From a virus (taxonomy: Duplodnaviria > Caudoviricetes), in IMG/VR virus record IMGVR_UViG_3300032218_003260: 64,000 nt of DNA; one strand, 5' to 3'. Positions 36,938 to 46,482 of this stretch are shown piece by piece (position 1 is the first letter of the stretch; each line of letters begins with the position of its first letter). Both the position numbers and the translations under genes were made by a program. Below the pieces are notes generated by a model, which made no database searches, was not told the DNA's origin, and saw nothing but the letters and a program-made list of their open reading frames with translations.

Positions 36938-37561
36938 TCAGTCCCAAACGCGGATGACGGTGTTGTCCCGTGCAACCGTACGCTGGTATGTGATCCTGTA
37001 TGTGCCCGGCGGCAACAGCCAGTCGCCGTGTTCCGGGTGCGCGATCGTATTGGCTTTGGTCAGCCGGAGAATCGGGCCGGCAAACGCAAGCATGGCGATG
37101 GCGTCTTGCGCCGTTACTCTGTTCGACGGCGCGTTGGGGTTGTCGCGCCGCTCAGCCCACTCGGCTTCTTGCAGACGCGGCCGCCAGTTCGGCTCCGCCA
37201 CGGAGATCCCGCGCATCTCGGCAAGTTGCACAAACATCTCGCGCGAACCAGCCTCAACCGGGCTGTAAACAGTGACGCCGTCTCCGTGAGCCAGACAGTG
37301 TCGGCTACCCTTGGTGTTACCCTCGGCAAGCTGAAGCGGAAATACCGGCTGCAGCGTGCGGGTGTAGAGCAGCGGCGTCTCCGAAACGTCATCAATCTTT
37401 TGAATGTAAATATCGCCCTGTCGAACAGCATCGCCGACGCTGGCCGCTTCGGGAAACTGCTGCGGGGCGTCATTCTTAATCTGCTCAACAGCCGCGGCGG
37501 CGGCACGAAGCCGAGCCACCGTGGCATGCGAAACCGGCGCGTCAATAACAGCTGTACTCAT
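36938..37561 (-). CDS. RQGD-motif protein, partner of DUF6745
   Basis: RQGDIYI, LAEG...GSRH, HPEHG...LPPGTYRITYQR. Confidence 0.75.
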   Translation of the reverse strand: MSTAVIDAPVSHATVARLRAAAAAVEQIKNDAPQQFPEAASVGDAVRQGDIYIQKIDDVSETPLLYTRTLQPVFPLQLAEGNTKGSRHCLAHGDGVTVYSPVEAGSREMFVQLAEMRGISVAEPNWRPRLQEAEWAERRDNPNAPSNRVTAQDAIAMLAFAGPILRLTKANTIAHPEHGDWLLPPGTYRITYQRTVARDNTVIRVWD

Positions 37562-37583
37562 GAAAAATTCCTTTGTGTTTGAT

Positions 37584-39014
37584 TTACGATGCACCAATGA
37601 CTCGAACCGGACTGGCAGCATACGAAACACGCGAAGTGGTTCCTGCGTCTGCCATCCAACCCTGCGCTTCAACGCAGGTGCTAATATCTCGCGGCACGCT
37701 GATGAAATACCGCCGCCCAGTAGAACGGCAGAACAACACCATCCGGTTTTGACCGGTTCTGTTTTCTTGTCCGCGCGGCGGACCAACCAGCATCTCGGTC
37801 GTGTTATCAATATCGTTAACACGGCTATCAAGAACTGGGCAGTCTGCCTCTGCAATAAAGCGATCCCAGCCGAAACGCTCGATGGCCAGCCGGCGTGTTT
37901 CCTCGTTACGAATGCGCATGATGTGCGCCGTCGACAGTTGCTCCGGTTTTGCGACAATCATCCGGCCGCCTTCGTTCATGAAGTGCCCGTCGTTGAACCA
38001 TAGCTTTACGCCATCGGCCCACTGCACTGCCGGTCCGGTCGTGCTGTGCAAGTTGTTCGACTCGTTTAGCGTGATGCGCGGACGATCGGCAAGAATGATG
38101 CACGACGACTGGAACGCGGCAAACGCCGTGCAGTGGTGGAACACTTCGTGCTCCCACGTAGTCGCCGGGTCATCAATCTTTAGGATCTTGCACAGAATTT
38201 CGGCGTCAAGCGCCTGCGGCACGCTGCCCAGAAACACGTTGTCATCCGCAATTAAATTAGTTGGGTTGGTTAATTCGTTTATGGACATGGCGCGATTCAG
38301 CTCGCCAATTGACCCCGCGGTCGAGCTGCTGTCAAAAATGATCTTGTTGCTGATTTCAGACAGTTTCTTTTCAGTTTTTAACACTTCATTGTTGCGCATC
38401 GTCCCGTCCCAGCTACGAAAATTCTCTGTGATAGCTCCTAGGCCGACGGTGTCGTTGAGCATAGATCGAAAAAGATTGACTGTGGTGGTCAAGTTGTTTG
38501 TCTTGTACATGACAACATCTTCTACGCCTTCGCCGCGGCTGCGCCACCAACGACGATTTAACCCAAACGAAGTTGCTACGAGGCTTTCACTTGTCATGTA
38601 CTCTTCGCGAATTGCCCGCAACCACGTTCGAGTAAACTCGTTGTTTTGCATGTTGCTCCACCAACGCCGGCGATCGCTATTCCAGCCGAGCAACGAGTCT
38701 TTACGCAATGGGATAACAAACGCGCTGTCGATTTCAAGCTCGCGACACAGCTCTTTTGCGTATGTCTTTGTCATCCGTCCGCGCACCACCGCCATCGAAA
38801 TCATGAACGTCACCGGCGACGAGGCGACGTGAAAAGTTACAGGGCTTTTCTTGTGGCGGTCCGAGCGAAAAGAACCCAAACCACCGGCATAACCGGCGCG
38901 AAGTATTTCCGCAGCTTTAGCTTGGCTGGGTTGACCGTTGTGAATAGTTTCAAGCCAGCGATTGATCGTGTTTTCAACAATGGTTCGAGTTGCTTTGGAG
39001 ATCTTAGATTTCAT
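37584..39014 (-). CDS. DUF6745 domain protein
   Basis: ILADRP.I.L.E...LHSTTGPAVQWADG.KLWF..G...I.NEETRRLAIERFGWDRF. Confidence 0.8.
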   Translation of the reverse strand: MKSKISKATRTIVENTINRWLETIHNGQPSQAKAAEILRAGYAGGLGSFRSDRHKKSPVTFHVASSPVTFMISMAVVRGRMTKTYAKELCRELEIDSAFVIPLRKDSLLGWNSDRRRWWSNMQNNEFTRTWLRAIREEYMTSESLVATSFGLNRRWWRSRGEGVEDVVMYKTNNLTTTVNLFRSMLNDTVGLGAITENFRSWDGTMRNNEVLKTEKKLSEISNKIIFDSSSTAGSIGELNRAMSINELTNPTNLIADDNVFLGSVPQALDAEILCKILKIDDPATTWEHEVFHHCTAFAAFQSSCIILADRPRITLNESNNLHSTTGPAVQWADGVKLWFNDGHFMNEGGRMIVAKPEQLSTAHIMRIRNEETRRLAIERFGWDRFIAEADCPVLDSRVNDIDNTTEMLVGPPRGQENRTGQNRMVLFCRSTGRRYFISVPRDISTCVEAQGWMADAGTTSRVSYAASPVRVIGAS

Positions 39015-39015
39015 G

Positions 39016-39471
39016 TTAGGTAGTGGTTGCCATGATTGGGTCAACAAACCCGCAGTTTAGCGTGCTGTCTGTCAGCACAATTTCAAGTGTTTCAAAGTGA
39101 TCGCAGTTCTGTACCCAGCTGCGCGGAATGTTAATTACTTCCGCAAAATCATCGCCGCCAACTAGTTCGCGGCTATTGTCGTACCATTCGTCGTCGGTAT
39201 TTGGGTTGCAGTGTTCGGCGTAAACAACGTGTGCGCCGCTAGCGACACCCTCGACATCTCGCGGAATACCGTTGCTCATGAGATATACGCCGCGATCGTG
39301 TACAAATACCAAGCCGGGGCCCGCGGGCGTTCGCGTTTCCGGCGGCTCTAACCCAAGCTCGCGAAACTGCTCGTCCGTCATGTTCTCGTGACCCATATCA
39401 AACTGCGTCGAGGCGTATGCGTGCTCAAGGCACCTCTTTAACTCCGCAGCTTTAAACCGTAACACTGGCAT
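39016..39471 (-). CDS. DUF3085 family protein
   Basis: LVFVHDRGVYLMS...VVYAE.CNP...GGDDFAE. Confidence 0.8.
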   Translation of the reverse strand: MPVLRFKAAELKRCLEHAYASTQFDMGHENMTDEQFRELGLEPPETRTPAGPGLVFVHDRGVYLMSNGIPRDVEGVASGAHVVYAEHCNPNTDDEWYDNSRELVGGDDFAEVINIPRSWVQNCDHFETLEIVLTDSTLNCGFVDPIMATTT

Positions 39472-39826
39472 CGTGTAGCTCCTTCTCTAAGTTTTTACCT
39501 CTCCCAAACATCCACGAGTCGCCCTCTTCTGGTTGAATGCGGCGCAGCCAATCGGCAACGCTGGGGATGCGACCAAGGTCTTCATTGACGTGCTGCTCGC
39601 CGATATACCGTACCGGCACAACCCGCCCGTCAGAATTCGTGATTACTTTTCCGAAGATTCGTTCTGATAAGAAAATACCTTCGGAGTGGTGCCGCAGCGC
39701 GCGGTGGCGAAAGTCTGCCATGTGCGCTTTGGATCCATCAAACCATTCGTGGATAGCGAGATAATCGTCAACCTCGCCGCCCCACTTGCGCACTGACGAC
39801 AGCGCGTGATGGTACGGATGTGCCAT
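39452..39826 (-). CDS. DUF6915 family protein
   Basis: MAHPYHHA.SS.RKWGG...Y..IH.WFD.SK...D.RHRALRHH.EGI. Confidence 0.85.
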   Translation of the reverse strand: MAHPYHHALSSVRKWGGEVDDYLAIHEWFDGSKAHMADFRHRALRHHSEGIFLSERIFGKVITNSDGRVVPVRYIGEQHVNEDLGRIPSVADWLRRIQPEEGDSWMFGRGKNLEKELHDASVTV

Positions 39827-40035
39827 TAGTCTCCCGTGTACAAGTCGAGCACGGAGGTTAGATCGCTGTGCGTAGCTGACCAGTCCATTTTGTCTTCGGC
39901 TATTTCAGCCGAGCGTTCCCAGTCGGCGTCGTCGGGTCTGCCAAACATGTCAGCGCTCCACCAAGCCAGAATGATGCTTTTGACGCCGTTCTTTTTTGCT
40001 CGTTTCAAATTGTCGATCGCTTCGTCGATAGTCAT
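39826..40035 (-). CDS. hypothetical protein
   Basis: 69 aa, coupled. Confidence 0.6.
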   Translation of the reverse strand: MTIDEAIDNLKRAKKNGVKSIILAWWSADMFGRPDDADWERSAEIAEDKMDWSATHSDLTSVLDLYTGD

Positions 40036-40325
40036 GCTAGCGGTTTCACTGTTGGTTCGGTTGCGCCTTCTGCAAACTCTATGTCTGCTTCGCCGCGCAT
40101 CACTTGTTTAATGATGTTGACGTCGTTGAGCGCCCGTTCAATCCACGGCTGCATGCGCAAGATAAGCGGATCGTCAGCCGGCCGCTTTGCCTTATACATC
40201 AGCATCATCGACATACCCACGACCACCATTTCGAGCGGCGGACAATCAGCGGCCCAGTCGGCGGTATACGTGATTGGCGCCATCACCTCTTTAACGTCTT
40301 CTTCTGTCCATTTGTCAGCGGTCAT
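40032..40325 (-). CDS. hypothetical protein
   Basis: 97 aa, coupled. Confidence 0.6.
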   Translation of the reverse strand: MTADKWTEEDVKEVMAPITYTADWAADCPPLEMVVVGMSMMLMYKAKRPADDPLILRMQPWIERALNDVNIIKQVMRGEADIEFAEGATEPTVKPLA

Positions 40326-40329
40326 TTAG

Positions 40330-40773
40330 TCACCACTCGTTTTGCGTCGTGTTTGTTTCCATGATGCGCTCGTTGTGCTGATGCTTGATCTTGCCTTTGA
40401 GCGTATCGATTTCAATTTCGCCAAAACTGCCTTCGTTAATCTCCCATCCGCCCGGAAGAAGATCCCAAAGCGTTTCAGAAAACTCCGCAAGCTTTTCGAG
40501 CGAAATAATGGGCTTGGCGTCAGTGCCGGTTGGCGTTGCGTACTGCCGCTTGAACTCTTCAAAATAAACTCTGCGGCCGTTTGTCGACGACTCCATAGCT
40601 TCGCTGTCGTGCTGCGCTACGGGGTCGCAGAACCAGAAACAGAGTTCTTGAAAGTCCCCGGAATCGCCGCTGCCGTCATACGAGGCAACTATCCCTGTAA
40701 CGCCAAGCGCATTAAACAGCGGGCAGATTTCTTTAAGCGTTTCAATTGGCGTTTTGATTTTAGTTTTTGCCAT
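40330..40773 (-). CDS. DUF6878 family protein
   Basis: YDGSGDSG and GWEINEGSFG motifs. Confidence 0.8.
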   Translation of the reverse strand: MAKTKIKTPIETLKEICPLFNALGVTGIVASYDGSGDSGDFQELCFWFCDPVAQHDSEAMESSTNGRRVYFEEFKRQYATPTGTDAKPIISLEKLAEFSETLWDLLPGGWEINEGSFGEIEIDTLKGKIKHQHNERIMETNTTQNEW

Positions 40774-40774
40774 G

Positions 40775-41278
40775 TTAATAAGACGCGTATACCGTACAAG
40801 GTTTACCGGTTTTCTTTTCTTTCTCTTCAGCAAGCGTGACAAAATTTTGAAACGACTCAACCACGCGGTCCGCAAGGTCTGACTGTTCGCCGTATAGACG
40901 CGCTTGCCGTTCACGTACAGCCTCTTCGACCGTCATTGGTCTGGTTGTGTCGCTTCTGATGTTTCCGCCTTCCGCAACCTCGGCGCCAGTTGATTGCACC
41001 ATATCCAAAAACATTGCAGCGAGCTTGTGCCCGTCGCCGGTCATTGCTGGTTCTGTAACACGCGTTAGCCGTTCGCGCATAACAGCGGCAGGAATCTGCG
41101 CCCGGCAATCGTCAGCCTCGAACGCTTCGCGAACAAGGATTCGCGTGGCATACGGGCCGCCGTGGTACGCTTCGCGCAGATAACCGACGTGACCGGACGT
41201 GGTAGAAAAACCAGTGGCCTGCGCGCTCTTTTCCTCTTCTTCCATCCCGTCCCATTCCAGATAGATATCAATACCCAT
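40775..41278 (-). CDS. hypothetical protein
   Basis: MGIDIYL...GYLREAY motif; 167 aa. Confidence 0.7.
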   Translation of the reverse strand: MGIDIYLEWDGMEEEEKSAQATGFSTTSGHVGYLREAYHGGPYATRILVREAFEADDCRAQIPAAVMRERLTRVTEPAMTGDGHKLAAMFLDMVQSTGAEVAEGGNIRSDTTRPMTVEEAVRERQARLYGEQSDLADRVVESFQNFVTLAEEKEKKTGKPCTVYASY

Positions 41279-41284
41279 CGTTGT

Positions 41285-41503
41285 TCACTGCTCCTTTAAA
41301 GCTACGAGCATGTCATCTTTAGCCGCGGTTTGAGTTTCAACTGCGCGTGTAGTGGTTTTATTCGTGCGCACGAACTGTCTTGCGTTCGGTGGAAAATCAG
41401 AATCCCACGTGACCGCTTTTTCTTCAGCTGCTTTTTCGTTGTCAGCCTCGATTACAAACGTTTCTGTTTGGGTGGTAGAAGTTTGAACGTGAAAATAGGG
41501 CAT
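41285..41503 (-). CDS. hypothetical protein
   Basis: 72 aa; E.F.IEAD.E.AAEEKA pattern. Confidence 0.65.
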   Translation of the reverse strand: MPYFHVQTSTTQTETFVIEADNEKAAEEKAVTWDSDFPPNARQFVRTNKTTTRAVETQTAAKDDMLVALKEQ

Positions 41504-41532
41504 TTTTATTCCGTTTAGAGGTGGTTAAATGA

Positions 41533-41566
41533 GGAGGGCGCCGGGGCCGAAACCCCGACGCCCTCC
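41533..41566 (-). terminator. GC-rich hairpin terminator
   Basis: GGAGGGCG/CGCCCTCC plus CGGGG/CCCCG stem, with one G-U pair on the minus strand. Confidence 0.7.
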
Positions 41567-41600
41567 ATGGCGTCAAAAGTAGTTACCTAGATACGATAGT

Positions 41601-41933
41601 TCAGCGGCAGCCGCAGCTGCTGCAACCACCGCGACAGGCGCGGCCGGCCCGAACAACGCGCACCGGAGCGGCGACGACCGCCACCGGAACCTCGACGACG
41701 GCGCGGGTTACCGTGCGGGTCTTCTCGATCGTCCGGCCGAACAGACCGGCGCGGCACGAACCGCGGCACGAGCTTTCCGTGCGACAGGTACCGTTAGCAC
41801 ACGCGGGAGTGGCGTCAGCCACAACCACCGGCGCAGCGGGCTGCACCAGCACGCTCTTCGGTTCACCGGCATCGCCAGCAAACGCAACGGACGAAACAAA
41901 CGCAAGGACCACAGCTGCAAAACAAGACTTCAT
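41601..41933 (-). CDS. secreted Cys-rich small protein of planctomycete type
   Basis: Signal peptide MKSCFAAVVLAFVSSVAFA; CANGTC, CRGSCR and CRGGCSSCGCR motifs. Confidence 0.7.
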   Translation of the reverse strand: MKSCFAAVVLAFVSSVAFAGDAGEPKSVLVQPAAPVVVADATPACANGTCRTESSCRGSCRAGLFGRTIEKTRTVTRAVVEVPVAVVAAPVRVVRAGRACRGGCSSCGCR

Positions 41934-42002
41934 GTCAATCTCCTTGAACTACCGAACAAATACTACCGCACGCGCGGCAATAACCTGCTCAGCAATACTC
42001 TT

Positions 42003-42030
42003 TGTATAGCGGAGCAGGATTTTGTTGCAA
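42003..42030 (-). promoter_or_regulatory. sigma70-like promoter
   Basis: Minus strand TTGCAA-N16-TATACA in AT-rich gap upstream of the secreted-protein gene. Confidence 0.45.
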
Positions 42031-42077
42031 CCCCAAAATCAAAAACAGATTCTGGGGAATCTTGTCAAAATGCGTAA

Positions 42078-42347
42078 TTATTCACGCACTACGTGAACGT
42101 TGTACCAGCGCATTTTATCGTTGAGCCACTTGGCCTCGGCGGCGAGTGCGTCTGCGCGCGACTCAAAGTTACGCAAAGACGGCCCGCCGACTGGCGATAA
42201 ATCAGCAACCCACTCTCCCGGAATTGTCGGGTCAGGCTCAACGTGACTGGCACGTTTGATATCAAGCTCTCCCAGCGCTTTTAGGTTGATCTCTTCGCCA
42301 TAGAGACATTGCGCTGAGCCGTTGGGGCGAATGTATAGCTGCATCAT
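42078..42347 (-). CDS. small conserved protein associated with DUF1257/AAA clusters
   Basis: CLYGEEI.L..LG.L.I.RASHVEP...W.ADLSPVGGP.L..F..R..AL.AE..WL. Confidence 0.7.
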   Translation of the reverse strand: MMQLYIRPNGSAQCLYGEEINLKALGELDIKRASHVEPDPTIPGEWVADLSPVGGPSLRNFESRADALAAEAKWLNDKMRWYNVHVVRE

Positions 42348-42348
42348 G

Positions 42349-43350
42349 CTACATCGACATCAGACGTCGAGAGGGTATTAGCTCGTTCATGTTAACCGCT
42401 CGCGGCAACTGCGCCACGGCTGCAGGCGTATACAGGTTTTGTCGTCGCCGCTCAGACCTTGACACGTTGTACACATTAAATTGCGTAATATTGTCAATGA
42501 TTGCTCCCGCAAACAACGCGTCGTCGTGCACGTCTTCGCGTGGGTAGGTTTGCGACTGGCCATCATACGTGGGGCGGAAAATGATATGACCGCCGGCTGC
42601 AACAGCATGGCCGCGAAACGCTAACAGGGCGTTGATTTGTTCGACGTTTGCAATGATGGCGTAGTCAACAACTTTTAAACGCGACCGTTCAAACGTCGGG
42701 TCGTTCTGCTCACGCGAGTAGATCGTGACTTGCATCAGTTTGCTGCCTACGACCTGCGCTTTCCCGGCAATAGTGACAAAGCCGCGAAGCACAGAACTGC
42801 TGATTTGCGCCTCGCCGCCGACGTATGCCTGACCTTCGAGTGACGTTTGAATTGCAATCGCTTTTCCCGAAATACCGCAGTTCCCGCGTAACGTGCAACT
42901 GATAACGCGGGCGCTGTCTCTGATAAACGCGTTTTCGTACGCAGTTGTCGAGCCAGAAACAATACCGCCGTATACGCGAGCTTCGTTTGAGAACTGACAG
43001 TCGTCCATTACTCGGGCCCGGCCGCTGACGCTCGCAAACTGGCTCAGTTTTACGTTTCCGCTGACGTGCGCGTACCCGCAGATCTGGGCCCGATTATGCA
43101 CGCGTACGTTGCCCTCGACACGGGCGTTGTGATACACCTGCGCCAGCTTGTAAACAAAAACCGAATCGGCCACTTTTGCGGTATCTGCTACCCAGCCCTC
43201 GCCGTTAACGTGTCGATGTGCAAACACGCGGCCGTTACCGTCTTTGAAATCATGCTTTGATGCCCGCTTCTTTTTTGGTTTGACCGCGGTCATCACCGCT
43301 GCCGCCGCATCTAGCACGGCGACAGCGCTGTCTTTTTGTTCCTCCATCAC
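42349..43350 (-). CDS. left-handed beta-helix (hexapeptide repeat) protein
   Basis: AHRHVNG.GWVADTA then repeated hexapeptides (AQVYHN, ARVEGN, AQICGY, AHVSGN, ASVSGR). Confidence 0.8.
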   Translation of the reverse strand: MMEEQKDSAVAVLDAAAAVMTAVKPKKKRASKHDFKDGNGRVFAHRHVNGEGWVADTAKVADSVFVYKLAQVYHNARVEGNVRVHNRAQICGYAHVSGNVKLSQFASVSGRARVMDDCQFSNEARVYGGIVSGSTTAYENAFIRDSARVISCTLRGNCGISGKAIAIQTSLEGQAYVGGEAQISSSVLRGFVTIAGKAQVVGSKLMQVTIYSREQNDPTFERSRLKVVDYAIIANVEQINALLAFRGHAVAAGGHIIFRPTYDGQSQTYPREDVHDDALFAGAIIDNITQFNVYNVSRSERRRQNLYTPAAVAQLPRAVNMNELIPSRRLMSM

Positions 43351-44294
43351 GACTCCATCGGAAGGACACGCCGTCTGGGCGCGTTTGTGATCAGACTGTC
43401 GAGCGCGGTTTTAACCTCGCCCATCTGCTGGGTCAGGTTCTGCCGCAAGTTGTTGTTCTTGCGCAGGTCCTTCACGTCGACACCTGAAACAATGTCAGTA
43501 GCGCGCTGGATTAAAGTATCAAGCTGCGCATTTGAGCGAATATTCATTTGCCGGAAGTTGTCATAGAACTCTTTGAAGTTTTCGATCGCAGAGTTTTGAA
43601 ATTTCTTTTTCGTACCGTCAGGCTCGTCGGTCAGCCGCTCGATCAGGTGCGCGATCATGTCCTGCAGCTGCTCGGCAAACGCGTTTTCAGCCATGACTAC
43701 CGCCGTCTCAAACCGGTGCTGGACGCGTTGCTGCTCCTGCTGGTACAGCTCGGGATTGAACGTCATGAGATAGTTCGGCGGATCAACCGGCGGGTACTCC
43801 CACCGAAGGTCAAACACGCCTTCCAGCGACGGCGGATAGTCGTTGGGGTTGTACAGCTCGCCCAGCTTTTCGCGGGCGGCAACCTTGAGAGTTTCGTACT
43901 CTAGCTGCAGGTTTGCGGCAGCCACTACCAGCTGTTCTTTGTATTCGCGCATCCTGTCTTCAAACGCGCCGATGTCGGCTTGTTTGATGAGGCGCACACC
44001 TTCCTGCGGATACGGTAGCGTCATAGAGCGCCAGTACGCCGACGCCTGACTCTTGAGCGTGGTTAGCACGCGATATGTTGTGTTCTTTGTATCGATAAGG
44101 CGCTTGGACGCTGTGACCAGATCGGTGGCGGCATGAAACGTATCAGCGGCTTGCTTGGTCTGCGCATCAGATAGCTTGCGCTGCGTCCCTAACCACGAGA
44201 ACGACAGCTTGACGGCGCCCATCGTCTGGCGCAAGTCGCTAGCTGTCTGCTCGACTGTCGTGTTTTCTTCGGTCGTTGTGTCGGTTGTGGACAT
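43347..44294 (-). CDS. DUF3150-like protein
   Basis: VKLSFSWLG..RKL, SKRLID, TLPYPQEGVRLI, coiled coil; next to the AAA cluster. Confidence 0.6.
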   Translation of the reverse strand: MSTTDTTTEENTTVEQTASDLRQTMGAVKLSFSWLGTQRKLSDAQTKQAADTFHAATDLVTASKRLIDTKNTTYRVLTTLKSQASAYWRSMTLPYPQEGVRLIKQADIGAFEDRMREYKEQLVVAAANLQLEYETLKVAAREKLGELYNPNDYPPSLEGVFDLRWEYPPVDPPNYLMTFNPELYQQEQQRVQHRFETAVVMAENAFAEQLQDMIAHLIERLTDEPDGTKKKFQNSAIENFKEFYDNFRQMNIRSNAQLDTLIQRATDIVSGVDVKDLRKNNNLRQNLTQQMGEVKTALDSLITNAPRRRVLPMES

Positions 44295-44894
44295 TCAGTC
44301 TCCTTCTTCGTCTGTGTCAAGTTCTTCTTCAATTGTTTGCTCCACCCACTCGTCGATTGCAAACGCTTGTACAAGTCTCTTTGGTAATTTTTCTAGTTCG
44401 GCCAGATTGTCGGGTACGCTAAACTCTTGAATGTCACCATTGCGGTAAATGCCGCAAAAACCTACGCCCGGCTCAAAGCAATAGGCTGTGATATCAAAAC
44501 CTGCAACAACGCGCAGGTGGTCAAAGAACTGAATTGGCGGTGACCAAGCTGAATCGAAAACGAGTGTGATGTGTTTGGATTTTGACGGCACGCGCTTTGG
44601 CGTTTGATCTGTTTCGCGCCCTACGTCCCACTTTGTTCCCCAATGACCAACCTGCCACTCGTACCAGTTTTTTGCTCCGTACAGCTCAACGTTTTGGCGT
44701 TCTTGCGCTTCTAACGCCAATTGTGCGGCTGACCCATCTGAGCCAGCGCAACCAGCGACAGTCGCTTTCAATTCTTCTGGGCACGGCAGAAATGTGCTCA
44801 TGAGACAACCACTGTTCCATGCGCGCACCAACTTGTGCAACTGCTCCGGGTCGTTGTGTTTAAACGTAACTTTGTTGGCGCACCAGTTAGGCAT
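44295..44894 (-). CDS. DUF1281/YubB ferredoxin-like protein
   Basis: MPNWC.N, WYEW...WGTKWD, FDSAWSPP, YCFEPG. Confidence 0.85.
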   Translation of the reverse strand: MPNWCANKVTFKHNDPEQLHKLVRAWNSGCLMSTFLPCPEELKATVAGCAGSDGSAAQLALEAQERQNVELYGAKNWYEWQVGHWGTKWDVGRETDQTPKRVPSKSKHITLVFDSAWSPPIQFFDHLRVVAGFDITAYCFEPGVGFCGIYRNGDIQEFSVPDNLAELEKLPKRLVQAFAIDEWVEQTIEEELDTDEEGD

Positions 44895-44915
44895 TGCGTT
44901 GGCTTGCAATCCGCA

Positions 44916-44941
44916 GCTGCGGGGCAGTGATGCCCCGCAGC
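44916..44941. terminator. perfect 11-bp hairpin after the AAA gene
   Basis: GCTGCGGGGCA-GTGA-TGCCCCGCAGC. Confidence 0.7.
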
Positions 44942-44958
44942 CGCAGTATTGCTAGCAC

Positions 44959-46443
44959 TTAGCCCTTGGCGGGCGCCGCGACACGGCGCGGTCGCTGCGT
45001 TGTAACAGCCGGCTTACCAACACGCGTGTAAATACCGCGGTTGTCAGCCGACAGGCAGCGACCTTCAGCCCAGCCGCGCAGCCGCTCAATCTGCTCAGCC
45101 GACGTCACGGAGATCGGTACCACGTTCTGCGCCGCTTCAACAAGCGGGATATCAAGCAGCGCCGCGAGACGGCAGCACGACTTGATCTCGGCGCCCGTCC
45201 AGTTGGCGTCGTCCGGCTTTTCCTGCGACTCATCTACGCCGAAATGCTTCAGGTAGATATCCCAGATCGCCGCGCGCTGGTCAGCGCCGGGCAGATCCAC
45301 GAAGAAGATACCGTCGAAGCGCTCGGCGCGGGCAAACGGCGCCGGCAGCTGGCTGGCGTCGTTGCAGGTACCGATGAAGAACACATCGGACGTGTGGTCG
45401 TTGAGCCACGTCAGCAGCGTGCCGAACAGGCGAGCTGAGACACCGGAATCGGTCTGACCAGAGCTTCCGACGCCGGCAAGACCCTTCTCGATCTCGTCGA
45501 CGAACAGAACGCACGGGGCCATGGCGTCGACCTGCTTGAGCGCACGCCGCATGTTACCCTCGGACTCGCCCACGAACTTACCCATGAGCGAACCGAAATC
45601 CAGCATTACGGTCGGACGACCGACCTCGTTGCCAAGTGCTTTGGCAAACTGCGACTTGCCGCAGCCCGGAGGCGACAGCAGTAGCACGCCCTTGGGGCGT
45701 TTTTCTACGTTGGTTTCGCCCTGACGCCGCATGGCGCGCAGGCAGAAACTCTTTAGGTTTTCGAGACCACCAAGGTTCTCGAAGTTTGCGTCACCGCGAT
45801 ACAGCGTCATCGTCCCGCTCTTTTCGAGCGTCTGGGCTTTGATACCCCAGATCGTATCAGGCGACAGCTTATTATTGCGCACCAGCGACAGCGCGAAGGC
45901 GTTCTCGGCCTCCTGCCGCGTCAGGCCACGTGAGGCGTCGACGACAGCAGCTACGTCCTGCTCGGCCGGCTTGGCGAACGGAGAGCCGTCCGGGAACAGC
46001 TCGTTGCAGACCGTGGTCAGCTGCGGGAGATCCGGCAGCTCGTGATGCACTACCGTGAACAGCTTCTCAACCTCGGGTTGCAGCTGCAGCACCGGCGCCA
46101 CGATAATGATATGTTTACCTTCGCCCTTACCCTGCACCACACGGTTAGCCAGAGCCTGCAGCACCTCGGGGTTACCAAGGAAGCGATGAAAATTCTTCAG
46201 AACGAGCAGCATCGGCTGCTTGGGCTGCGGCTGGTCGAGAAACCGCAACGCCTGAAGCGGGCCGGGAGCCGGAGCGGCACCCGAATACAGCTGGCGGTCG
46301 ATGTCCCACACATCAAAACCCCAGTCCTTTTCTTCAGTTACGCGGCGAATCGACGCAATCGCGTCATCGCACTCCTGTGATTCAATCCAGATGCCGGAGA
46401 AGCCGGCGCAAACCAGCTCCTTAATTTCTTTTTCGAGCGACAC
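44959..46443 (-). CDS. Ycf46-like AAA+ ATPase
   Basis: Inactive N-terminal AAA-like half, GGLENLK, Walker A SPPGCGKS, Walker B VDEIEK, TCND sensor, RAERFD. Confidence 0.9.
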   Translation of the reverse strand: MSLEKEIKELVCAGFSGIWIESQECDDAIASIRRVTEEKDWGFDVWDIDRQLYSGAAPAPGPLQALRFLDQPQPKQPMLLVLKNFHRFLGNPEVLQALANRVVQGKGEGKHIIIVAPVLQLQPEVEKLFTVVHHELPDLPQLTTVCNELFPDGSPFAKPAEQDVAAVVDASRGLTRQEAENAFALSLVRNNKLSPDTIWGIKAQTLEKSGTMTLYRGDANFENLGGLENLKSFCLRAMRRQGETNVEKRPKGVLLLSPPGCGKSQFAKALGNEVGRPTVMLDFGSLMGKFVGESEGNMRRALKQVDAMAPCVLFVDEIEKGLAGVGSSGQTDSGVSARLFGTLLTWLNDHTSDVFFIGTCNDASQLPAPFARAERFDGIFFVDLPGADQRAAIWDIYLKHFGVDESQEKPDDANWTGAEIKSCCRLAALLDIPLVEAAQNVVPISVTSAEQIERLRGWAEGRCLSADNRGIYTRVGKPAVTTQRPRRVAAPAKG

Positions 46444-46482
46444 GTGTGACCTTTGTTTTTGTTTTGTAAGAACTTGCTATTG

